A DNA stretch of 64,000 nt from Fimicolochytrium jonesii (Eukaryota), in assembly GCF_025526975.1 (NCBI RefSeq), contig NW_026515682.1, positions 62,001-126,000 on the forward strand, in the 5' to 3' direction. Position numbers and translations under genes: made by a program. The notes beneath the pieces are model-generated. The model made no database searches, was not told where the DNA came from, and saw only the letters and a program-made list of their open reading frames with translations. Of the stretch, positions 53,939 to 64,000 are shown one piece after another; position 1 is the first letter of the stretch, and each line of letters begins with the position of its first letter.

Positions 53939-54595
53939 TTAAATGTTCCACAGGACACCAAGATGTTGGGGGAGGATGTTATCAATCAACTTGTCTTCTA
54001 CATCATGCAAGAAAATCGTTAAGTGCGTCTCCCAAAGGATCGAAAAATTCAAGCCTGCCATTCTCTATGAAGACGGCTGTCCAGTGCTTTCCACTGCCGG
54101 TGCTGGGATCCGTATTGAACACCATGGCAACCTTTGGGTAGTCACTCAGGACATGTTCTGGAAAGTGATGCAGCGCAAAGTGGTCCGATGGCAGACTGCC
54201 CAAGAATTTGAAATCCGTATGCATGACTTCGTATTGCCTCAGACAAGCACCAATGTCCTCAGAGGACAACCATTGAGGTGATTCCGTTGGACCCTTTGGA
54301 CGGAATGCCTCGTTGGCCAGTGAGTGTGACACGGCTGGTTCCAGCTTCTGTATCTGTGCCATGAGCGACTCGTCTTCTATCCAGCACGATTCGTCCGTCC
54401 CACAGATCCCGAACAGTCTTTCAAAGAGCTCCGCCCATATTTCCTCGGGGCCTGTCTTTCCAATGGGACGGCGGTCTGCCTCTTTTGCCGAAAGACATTC
54501 CACGCTCGACGCATGGCAACCAATTCATCGTGGTTGTAGCAGCTCCTACGAGGATGATATGCTCGCCGCGCGGGACCGCACATATCAAGTGACAT
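53939..54595 (-). pseudogene. Frameshifted giant-virus-type Ulp1/adenain-clan (CE) cysteine protease
   Basis: MSLDMCGP..SCY..EL..MRRAWN, frameshift, IW.EL...C..DE.CW..FRPKGP..WLSSEDI..QYE..F.FLG..P.D..VFNTDP..GKHWTAVFI..EFFDPLG, second frameshift. Catalytic His and Asp are present; the Gln/Cys segment is not recognisable. Confidence 0.8.
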
Positions 54596-54639
54596 ATTTT
54601 TTTTCTTGCCAACTTCACAAGAAAAAATCGCATTAAGCC

Positions 54640-55233
54640 ATGTCAACGCAGAACATCTATCCCAGCGCTTCCAGCGTTCCCACCGGCCTCTCTAGGTCCG
54701 GTTCTCGCTTGATTGACCGCGCACTCGATGCCAATGCGAAAGCAAGCGAGGCCCTGGAGCCGTTCTTCAAGAACAAAGCCTTATCCGGCGTCCTGCAAAT
54801 GATGTTTGTAGCGTACGCTAGTCTTATCGCCCCACAGATTCCCAAAGAGTGGCACTGGGTATTCGAGCATGCCGGATTCCGTATTGGTGTCATGTTTCTT
54901 ATTTTGTGGACCTCAAACAGTGACCCCACCTTCACTATAACGCTGGCCGTGGCTTTCATACTGCTCCTCCAAAACCTGGGCAAGTTCCACCTGACGGAGG
55001 GATTCGAAGGCCCGAAAACCGCCATCTACCCAGGTTGCATGAACCTTAAGGTTGCTGACTTGTTGTCTTCTTTCAACAACAGTCAGGAAGACTTGATGCA
55101 GGCTATGCAGATATCCAACGTTCCATTTTTGATCCACATTTCTGATGATACGGCACCTCTCATTGGAACATACTTGATGAACAAGGGCTACAAGATTGTA
55201 ATGCCCTGTGCACCACCCGGCTCCGTTGCTTAA
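54640..55233 (+). CDS. NCLDV-like small multi-pass membrane protein
   Basis: 197-aa intronless ORF. N..LSGVL.M.FVAYASLIAPQIP...VFEH..FRI.VMFLILW.SNSDP...I.LAVAF...EGF resembles a Mimiviridae-type hypothetical membrane protein (recalled motif YA.L.AP.LP....F.N..FR....LI......DP). Confidence 0.7.
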   Translation: MSTQNIYPSASSVPTGLSRSGSRLIDRALDANAKASEALEPFFKNKALSGVLQMMFVAYASLIAPQIPKEWHWVFEHAGFRIGVMFLILWTSNSDPTFTITLAVAFILLLQNLGKFHLTEGFEGPKTAIYPGCMNLKVADLLSSFNNSQEDLMQAMQISNVPFLIHISDDTAPLIGTYLMNKGYKIVMPCAPPGSVA

Positions 55234-55496
55234 GCAGGCCGCGGCGCATTGGTGCCGTCATAGGGAGCATGGTAGCGAGCATCCGCGGCCGGATGGTTGG
55301 CGGCTTGGCCCGATGGCTGCTCTTCTTCATCGGCAGGCTCATCAATAACCTCGTCGGCATCAGCAATGGCGAGCGGCGCTTCGGTTATTTCCTCTTTAGG
55401 TGTGACCACCGGCTCTTGCTTGACATCATCATGTGGGACGGTTTCAACTGTGGTATAGGTTTCTTCAGTAGGTGTGGAAGACATTTTGTCTAACAT
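55230..55496 (-). CDS. Small acidic E/T/P-rich hypothetical protein (island ORF)
   Basis: Intronless. Its stop codon overlaps the convergent ORF's stop in a shared TTAA (55230-55233); poly-A/T run upstream. Confidence 0.55.
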   Translation of the reverse strand: MLDKMSSTPTEETYTTVETVPHDDVKQEPVVTPKEEITEAPLAIADADEVIDEPADEEEQPSGQAANHPAADARYHAPYDGTNAPRPA

Positions 55497-56262
55497 ACAT
55501 GTGTGAAAAAAAAACTTGCTATGGACTTACGCATCATTATTACAGTATTGGAAGCTTAACCCTGACCTCCGACTCGCACTCCTAACCATGCGACATCCGG
55601 CAATACTAGGTTTTTCAACATATGAGAAACCCCATGCGGAGTCTCCCCCTGAAATATTGAGGCACAGAGGCCCGCAAAATGATCGCGATGGACTTCAAGC
55701 TTGGAAGTGTCCTCCTCGGCACAGGGATGTGGGAAGATGCGGACTCGTGAATCAACTGAAACGTACTTTTACCTGTTGCCAAAATTGCCGATTGAATGAT
55801 CTAAGCCTTCCTTCCTCCACTTTGACAGTGCCAAGCGACTTACCTCATATCGTGAAAACATCTCACTTGCAGATGATCAGTTTTGCGCAGCTTCCTAGCA
55901 ATTGTGAACAACATAGAGTCACTGAAGGCAGCAATGGCTAATTTCACGGAAATGTTGAACGACAGAAAACGCAGCAGGCTCCCAGAAGGCCTGCGATATC
56001 AAGAAAGGAAACTATACGGGTCAACTTTATAGTTATTTGGGTAACATGTTTTGACCGGAGTCCCCACCCTGTGGTCATGTGATTGACGCAGCGTGGTCAT
56101 ACCCATGGTGATTATATATGGCCAGTATATTAAAGTATGAAAGGCATGAATATATTTGAAAGGTCTCCATAGTTATTATACAAACTCCCACGATCTTATT
56201 TTTTTTGGCATAACTTCACCTGACGTTCAATCTCTTTCATCCGACGTCTTAGCTGACCATAC

Positions 56263-56775
56263 TCAGCGGAGTCCTTCGTCTCTACTAGGATCCTCTTCAT
56301 CGTAGCTCGGGGTTTTATGAATGTTGTCAGCGTTACAAAACGTACAGGCCATATGTACACCATCGCTCATGTATGCTATCCCCGTGTCATTGCAGGCCTC
56401 CGAAGGTTCGCCATCACTGCTTTCGCTATCCCACTTATTAAGTAGTTCGCTTTCTCGGTAAGAACCTTCCTGGCTGATGTTGGTGGGGTTCTTGTTCAAG
56501 TAGAGAAATGTTTGCCCCTTGTGCTGAACTACGTGCAATCGGGCGTGCTCCCCATTCTCTTCGGGAAGGTCAAGAGTCAAGTCGAGTTCGCGAGGACGGT
56601 TACCAGCGGTTTCGACTTCATCGGGGGACATTGTCTTGATGCAGAGCTTCCCCTGAGATTCTGTGATCTGGATCGCATCGCTGACTTTATCGTCATCCCC
56701 AGCGTAAACGATGAGCTTGCCAGGGTGATGGTAAAGGCCGTCTCCAAGATTGAAAACTTCTTCGATGGGTTCCAT
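56263..56775 (-). CDS. Hypothetical protein with a CNDTG..Y..DG...CxxC motif (island ORF)
   Basis: 170-aa intronless ORF with TATAAAA about 40 bp upstream; C-terminal ACNDTGIAYMSDGVHMACTFC. Confidence 0.6.
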   Translation of the reverse strand: MEPIEEVFNLGDGLYHHPGKLIVYAGDDDKVSDAIQITESQGKLCIKTMSPDEVETAGNRPRELDLTLDLPEENGEHARLHVVQHKGQTFLYLNKNPTNISQEGSYRESELLNKWDSESSDGEPSEACNDTGIAYMSDGVHMACTFCNADNIHKTPSYDEEDPSRDEGLR

Positions 56776-57730
56776 ACTGTTATGTTGTCTCGGAATGGGG
56801 TTGCGTTGCCTTTTATAGTCCCCGAAACAGCTTGGAGTTGGAAGGCAGACGCAGGTAAAGGGATGACGGACTCATCCCCTCTCGCGAAGGGCAGAGCCTT
56901 CGCCCCTAACCTTTTGGCATTCCTGTGATTGATACACCATGGTCATATCCCCGACATTGTGGTCGTCATGTCAAATGGTCGGCCCTCTCAGACTTTTTTA
57001 CCGATTGCGAGGCTTACGAGATCTCGGGCGCATGTGCCGAGCTCATTCGCCGTGCCAAGGCGACTCTGGAAAAGCTGGTGTGGGTCGATGATGATGACGA
57101 CGTGGAATGAATCGATGCTCTGGAGACGGTTCATTCGCAAGAGGCCTCACTCACACACTCTTGGTCTTTCATCTGTACAGTACACCGTTACTGTATTCCT
57201 TTGTACTGTACATAGTAGGTACATGCCAGTCCACGCACATATTCACTCTGAGGCCAGGCTTCTTTCGCAGAGAACAGGTCCGAGTGCAACAGTGTCGTCC
57301 AACCCAATGGCCATAGGGCTTGGTCAAAACGAGCCCAGCTTCAACAAAGCTGAAGGCCAAAATATGGAGGAAGCCCACGAGCGTCCGAATGGCTGTACTG
57401 TACATACAGTATATACATATGTTACAGTGGTTTGTCCTCGCAATGCGATGTTGAGGGTGAGGTTGCGGTTGGACGCTCGCGGGAATGCAGGACGCGCCAC
57501 GGATGAACGGCCGCATTCGGACGCGCATGTCATCTGCATGTCATTCCCCAAAACGTTGCAACCAGCACACTCCGCTGCGGGGCGTGCGGCCAGAGAGGGC
57601 TTCTTGTCCTTCCCAAGAGAGCTAGCTAACACATGGAGGTACCCACCCACACATATAGCACCATCTGCTTCTAGTCGCTTAGCATAGCAGTGGCACGGTC
57701 TCCTCCAATTCGGTCTAAACTTCCCGCGTC

Positions 57731-59898
57731 ATGTTGACGCTCATTCGGCAACCCGTCTGTCGAGCGGCTGCTGGCGGGCTGCATGCTCCCACTGACTGGA
57801 TGTCTCAACTTTGGACAAAGTGGAGCTGGGTGAAGAAGTTCAGCTCGCTATCAACAGCGGCAGCAGGAAAAGCGCCTTTAAGTGGTTTCCCCAGAGCTCC
57901 CGTGGTTCAGAAATCGGCCATCACCACCAGTCGCCTCGCCGCCAGTCCACCACAACAGTCACCCACCCTGTTTGGTCTTACTCGACTTTTCTCGGCTTTT
58001 CCTTACCGCAACACACAGTCTGACCCATCTATTGGAAGATCGGGGCGAAAGCCCCGTACATATGCTTGGAGCCTGGGGGCTATCGGGTGTTTGGCGTTTC
58101 TCCCGGTTCTGTACGCCGAGCCCAAGTTCTCAACGGACGGCGAAAAGACGTTGGGTCCTCTCATCGGTACCGAAGGGGAAGGAAAGTTGCTCGCTGCATC
58201 GTCGGCATCACAGTTGATCACTCCCGCTCCGCCGAGTTGGCTCTCACTATTGTCCCCTCTCCAATTACTCCATCTGGTTTACCGAGTGACATACCTGGGA
58301 GCCCTCTTCGTGCCCGTGCTCCTCTCCTTCCCCGTTTGGTGGTACTTCAATCGAGGTCGCATGGAGAACGACAAGGATCCCCTCCGTACGTGGTGGATTC
58401 GATACCTGGTCTGGAGTCTGGAGCGCGCAGGCGGCTTGTTCATCAAACTCGGCCAGTGGTTGAGTTCTAGAGTGGACGTGATACCACCGCGCATCTGCGA
58501 AGTTCTTGCCAAGTTGCAGACGAATGTCAAGCCACATTCCGTTGCGCACTCGCGCAAGGCGGTCGAAGCTCTGTTTGGGAAGAAGATAGATGACATCTTT
58601 GTCGAGTTCGATGACGAGCCCGTTGGGACGGGAGCTGTTGCCCAAGTCCATCGCGCTGTGCTGAGACTCTACGACGCCGAGGGCCCGATGAATGAGGTTG
58701 CGATAAAGATCCTCCATCCGAACATAAGACGAAGGATGAACACCGACTTAATTCTCGTCAAAATGACCGGGTTCTTCTTGAACCTGATTCCTGGGGCAAA
58801 GTACCTCAACTTCAACGAAGAGATTGCGCTGTTTAGCCGGATGATGCAGAATCAACTGGATATGGAGATTGAGGCGAACAACTTGCGAGTGTTTGCTAAA
58901 AACTTCGAGAAAGTCTCGGTGGTACAGTTCCCGGCTCCGATCAAATGGAACCAGGATGTGTTGGTGGAAACATATCATAATGGGTTGTTACTTCGGGAAG
59001 TCTTATCGAACGCACCGACTCCATATGATGATGCATTGGCTCAGATCGGCGTACATACCTTCATGGTGAGCTCGTCATCTAATATTTACGGATTAGTAGC
59101 TTCTCTGTCATTTGACTAACGTGCAAATTATCCTCTGATGACAGCAAATGATCCTGCGCGACAATTTTTTCCATTGCGACCTGCATCCCGGCAATGCCTT
59201 AATCAGCTTCATCCATACCCCTGAGGCTCCCAGCTACGCGCAGAAAGCTGGAGCCTTCATCACAAGGACTTGGGACCAATCAAAGAGCAGCAAAGCCCAG
59301 TCTATATTTCACGCCAAAGAAATCGATGTGGAAGCGTTGGACAACCTACGACGAGCTCCGCGGAGTGCGACAATCCACATCCTGAATCGGATGAAGGCGG
59401 AAGGATGGGTGCCAAAGATCGTGATCCTGGATGCGGGCATTGTTGGATCTTTGTCGGAGGAGAACATGGGCAATGTTAAAGATGGTGGGTATCACACAGA
59501 TTCCATTCGTTTTGTGGATACTACCTTCATTTAAGTTAATCGCGTGGTTTTTCATAGCATTCACGGCCGGCCTAGACTTCGACGGCACCAAAATCGCCGA
59601 TCTCTTCCTCACCCGCTGCAAAGATCCCCAGAACATCCACGACCCAGCCCTCGCCCGCGAAACCCTGAAACAGCTCCTAGACGATCTCAAACTCGATACC
59701 GGGGGCACATTACCCCTTTCACGCGTGCAGAGCGCGGAGGTCGTCACGCGTGTTGCCAATATGTTACGGCATCATCGGATAGCGCTGGATGGAGAGTTTG
59801 TGAACCTGTTTCTGTGCGCTACGTTGGCGGAGGGTGTGGCGAGGAAGCTGGACGCGGATATGAATCTGTTGGATCCTTTGGCTGAATACCTGTTGTGA
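57731..59898 (+). CDS. ABC1/UbiB atypical kinase (ADCK2/Cqd1-like), mitochondrial
   Basis: FIKLGQW.S.R.D, GTGAVAQVHRA, VAIKILHP, QLDMEIEANNL, DNFFHCDLHPGN, ILDAG, EGVARKLD. Confidence 0.92.
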
Positions 59899-60060
59899 CG
59901 ATGGCAGAGAGTCTTATCCTTAGCTTTTGGACGTGCGTGGTTATAACACCTTGTTGCGTTACCCGAATTACGATACATAGACGTGGTCGACTGTTCTCAA
60001 CGGCGTTTCACCCGTACCCATCATATTTCAAATACCGCTCAAATACATATTCACCGCAAA

Positions 60061-60735
60061 TCACTTCGCTTTCACTTTTCCCATATTGCTCTGGACCCTC
60101 TTCAGCTCTTTACTCAATTCTTCCATGATGACCCGATTATGCAGGTCCTTGAGTTCCCTTCGCACATCCCATTCCATATCGGCTCGCCCTTTGCGGAACA
60201 AAAACAGAAGTGGGGCGTGAATGTTCACCAACATGATTGTAGCAGGACAGCGAGGGGAACAACGGGTTACCGTACCAGGAAGCTCATCCAGCCAGAACGC
60301 CTTTTTCAGCTCGGTGTTGAACTGTTTTGTCTTTAACTCGTACCAATACGGTTGGGCGGGCCTTACATCTTCCTAAAGCGGTGGCCAAAGTGATCGAGTC
60401 AATATCATTGTCACTCAACGATCTGAGGGTCAAATCAACTTCCAACTAACCCAAGCATGTTTCCACCGCCTCAACAGCAGCTTCTTTTCCTCAACCTTTA
60501 GCGCATGTCGCTGTTCACGGACGTACAAAATCGGGTCAAGATTGTCCAATGGCGTTTCCAGAATGCCCGGATACAAGCCACGGCGGCGTGAGGCATGGTA
60601 TGGAGAGGATGTCGGTGGTGGTGGCATGGACTTTTGCGTCTTCATGGGAGGTGGAGTGTACGCCGGCTTGATACTGTATATCCCCAGCCTTCGAATGGCT
60701 TGCTTTTCGATATGGGGATTCGAAGAAGGCCACAC
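60061..60735 (-). CDS. Small hypothetical protein (at least 3 exons; start uncertain)
   Basis: Splice-consistent frame ...RRWKHAW|EDVRPAQPYWYELKTKQFNTELKKAFWLDELP|GRADMEWDVRRELKDL...KAK*. Confidence 0.55.
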
Positions 60736-60945
60736 ATACTGTCAAAACTGTCAATTCGGGCAACTCCGACGCTCAGTTCTCAACTCAAACATTTCCGAAA
60801 AAATCACAGTGTTTGAAAGAAAACTGTGCGTATGGATGTTACAGGTACAGGGGAAATCATGAGATGTTCACTCTTCTGGTGACTGGGATTCAATTGGAAA
60901 AGAAGTATGCAAAGGAGCGGATATCCGTGTTCAAAAGCTCTATAC

Positions 60946-63900
60946 TCAGACGAAAGCCCCGTTGATGAAGCTGGTGAAGTCGTAGCCATCTTCCTTTACA
61001 GGCATGACTTGCTTGAGATGCTCGACGAGAGCTGGGGCCAACCCACCGCGGAACAGGTCGGTTTCTGTGACGTACGACTGATAACAACATGAATTTTGAG
61101 CTGAAAGTCACGAGAAGACTCGGAGAACGAAGGTGAATGCTTCCTACCTTGTCCCCAGCAAGAGTCTGGAATGAGATCTTGAGCTGCTCGGGTGTAACGC
61201 GGTCTTCCCGTTGTCCCTTCATGAACTCGATGAATCCATCGAACGATACTTCCTCAGCGCCCTTCAAAGCGTTGGTGTACAGACGTTCTAAAGAGGCGTC
61301 CTGAAGATGGAAACGTGTTTAGGAGCGGTATCGGAGCATCGCCTACCCTCGTCTCTTACGATGCTTACATCAAAGTCAGTACCCTCAGCGTGAAGAGCAG
61401 ACTTGAACTCCTCCCTGTTCAACGAATTCGAACCGTCCTTGTCACAGAGACGGAATGACTGAAGAGATAACGGTGATCAACTACATTTGCCCGCAACTGA
61501 CATGCACAACGCCCTCCCCTACCTCTGTGAACTCATCGAGCTGTTCGGCGGTGATGTTGGTGTGCGTGCGTGCAACCATTTGGTTTTCGATGAAAGATGA
61601 CTTCTTGACCACCGTCTGGGTCAAAAGACCGAAGTCGAAAGACAAGTCGTCTACTGAGTAGATCGTGTACCTAAACATATCACAGTCAGAATTGCTCCTC
61701 TCGGAATCTAGAGGCTGCGGAAACCTTACTCGTTGTCTGCAGATTTAATAGACCCCACACTGATGAGTATTCGAGAAAGTAATGTTGTAAAGTGGAAGCC
61801 ACCCTACCTTCGATGTTGGCCTCAAGACAATCGTTGTTGAGCTTGGCAATGTTCTGCAGATCACCGTTGAGAGGCTCCAGACGTAGAACAAGATCTTGAA
61901 CAATGTCGAGTTGGTTCTAAAGATGCAGACGTCGGCATGCAGCTACTTAGTAATGATTCGTCATATCGAATTTGTGATTTGCCTTTTTCCCCGAACCTGC
62001 AAGTCTCCTTCGAGATCTGCCAAAGCGCTGGAGATATCGTTCAGCTTCCTTTGGAAGTCATTCGCAGCATCGGCGAACTTTTTCTTCAACGACTCCTTCA
62101 TGCTGTGATGAGAATAGATACAGGAATTAGTATGGAGCGGATTTTCGAACAAAACTTCCTCCGAAACTCACTCTCGGATGTAATGACTTATGGAGATTTT
62201 CCTCTGGCCCTCGACTGCAACCAACGCCTCCCATGCGGAAGCCAAGTCCTGGAGAAGAAGGTTCTAAATTAGTTCCATTGCCCTGAGGAACTCAATGAGA
62301 TACCTATATTCCACCTACCTGCAGTGTGAGGCCTTGCGGAGGGTGGTATGGTCGGAGATTGTACGTCTTCAGCTTTGTTTGAATGTTTCCCAGAAGCTAT
62401 ACAATGCTAAGCGTTTTAGAAATCGAGCAAAAAACCGATACATATCCTGTTGATGTGTCAATGAGAATTGCAGACGGCCTTCACTCACACTGTCCAATTC
62501 ACGCCTTTCCGTCACCCAACCACGTTTGCTGGTGTTCTTGTACTGCTCAAAATCTTGCAGCTGCTTCCTTGCATCGCCATACCCGGCGAAACTGGAGCGG
62601 CTCCATGTGTCCTGTATGCTTCTCATGCCTTCCATGAGAGCGTGAACCCTCTGCTCATAGTCATTCTGCATCTCCCAAGCTTGCTGCAACTGTTGTCCCA
62701 GGCGCCCCACACGACGCCCCGCTACGCCCAATTTATCTTGGGCCGAGAATGCGTGGAAGTATTGAGCAACGTAGGTCATCACTGATCGCTCATCTGGCTG
62801 AATTTGGAAGGGAAGTCTCAGTATCCAATATGGAGGCGCGCGGGCTGTTGAGCAGACCCCAACCTTCGCAACATCAATGATATCCTCCACCCCGAATAGC
62901 TTGGCTATTCCGAGTTGGCTCTCGGCAACGTCGAACGCTAACTGCGTATTCTCATGCTTTTTGCTCTGCGAATGGATGCATAATTAGCACATCCAAGCTG
63001 CGACTTCACATGGCGACTCGGTGTCCCACCTTATCCAGAGAGTGATAATCCAGCAGGTCAGGACGGTGGCGGTGGATCAAGGCACACCTAAAAATGATCG
63101 CAATCAGAATCCAATACGTCCTTCCTCCGATCAACAACGCCGGTTTTGCTTACAAAGCAAGCCCATCCTGCCAGCTACGTGAAATCTATCAGTGATTGAT
63201 CCTGAATTGAACTCAAACAGTAACAAGGCACATACCTGAACGTGAAGTCCTTGATGTGGAAATCTGCGGAATACGGTGCTGTACGGCGCTGACACCACAG
63301 CAAAAGCCCCTCCTTCGCTGAAAGACCCTCTTCGCTGATTTCGGCAATGGTGAACCGCAAAATGATCATCCATATCAGCCCTAAGTTCAGTTTGACGTTG
63401 GAATCCACAATATCCTCGGCGCCGATGTTGGTGAGGTTCACTCCGCGTCTGCGAATGAACTCCAAAGCTTTGTTCATGTTTTCCACCTTCTGAATGCGAA
63501 GCTTCGGGTTTTTATTGTAGCGACCCAGGGACTCGTCGCCGATGATTTCTGTGACATGGTTCGAGGCTTTTCAGCAGCTGCAACAGACTACGGCTCCTTG
63601 CTGTACATACCAAGCAGTTGAATCAGCTTTTCGCCAGAGCTAAGATCCGTGTCTATCGTCCCAATTGGGGGAATCTCCTTCTGCTTGAGCTGATTGTTGA
63701 TCCAGTTCGTGAAGGCTGTTCGAAAAATGGAAGGCGAGGCGGGGAGCACACATAGTTAGTTGTTTGTTGGTGTTACGCGCATGACAAAGGAGGAAGCAAC
63801 TCACTCTTCTTTTGTATTGTTTCCCAGCTTTTGTCGAAGATCCTATGAACCGAATATGTTTATGTTTCAATATTCGTGGGAAATGCAGACCATCCGGTGG

Positions 63901-63997
63901 ACGAAGGCTAGATGATGTGCCCATACCTGGCATTGTCCACGACAGCTTGCTGTGACGCTCTGCTGGGCGAAAATTCTGTGGGAGACAGACCGCTCAT
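60946..63997 (-). CDS. AIN1: Alpha-actinin (CH-CH, spectrin repeats, EF-hands), many exons
   Basis: WETIQKKTFTNWIN, IGAEDIVD.N.KL.LGLIW.IILRF, AKEGLLLWCQR.T.PY, PDERSVMTYVAQYFHAF and EF-hand exons. ATG at 63997 may not be the true start. Confidence 0.93.
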
Positions 63998-64000
63998 GGA

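Larger units (their letters stand above)
51982..57138. mobile_element. Putative endogenous giant-virus (Nucleocytoviricota-like) fragment; boundaries approximate
   Basis: Cluster of intronless, tightly packed ORFs with A-run-rich spacers, including an NCLDV-type protease and an NCLDV-type membrane protein, between two divergent host genes. Confidence 0.7.

Noticed and set aside
56925..57110. Protein-like fragment ending VWVDDDDDVE*
   Set aside because: No ATG or clear splice acceptor and no recognisable family. Possibly a gene remnant at the island edge, but unsupported.
51982..57138. Complete Polinton/Maverick, virophage or Starship element
   Set aside because: No pPolB, integrase, packaging ATPase, capsid or tyrosine recombinase and no long TIRs are visible. 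The protease layout looks NCLDV-like rather than a short adenain.

Overview
Intron-rich eukaryotic genomic DNA, most likely from a zoosporic (chytrid) fungus: fungal-type PCK1, HSP104, NOT3, Rsm1 and alpha-actinin occur together with the flagellar gene IFT140, and introns are short GT-AG. About 17 host genes are present: a partial coiled-coil gene, an RGG-rich MPLKIP/TTDN1-like gene, PCK1, bestrophin, IFT140, NTM1, RAD54, NOT3/5, HSP104, a degenerate lipid-kinase-like gene, MED6, Rsm1/NIPA, UBR1, an NSUN methyltransferase, BCKDH E1-alpha, an ABC1 kinase, a small unknown gene and alpha-actinin. Three non-host-like regions stand out. (1) A ~5 kb block (~52.0-57.1 kb) of compact intronless ORFs between the divergent BCKDHA and ABC1 genes carries a frameshifted giant-virus-type cysteine protease, an NCLDV-like membrane protein and a PemK/MazF-like ORF; it is probably an endogenised giant-virus fragment. 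(2) A decayed Fanzor/TnpB-like nuclease remnant lies at ~12.2-13.1 kb. (3) A tRNA-Glu-like sequence with a broken acceptor stem sits inside a 17-bp inverted repeat at ~5.7 kb. All family assignments come from motif recognition by eye; exon boundaries were inferred manually and no database search was run.
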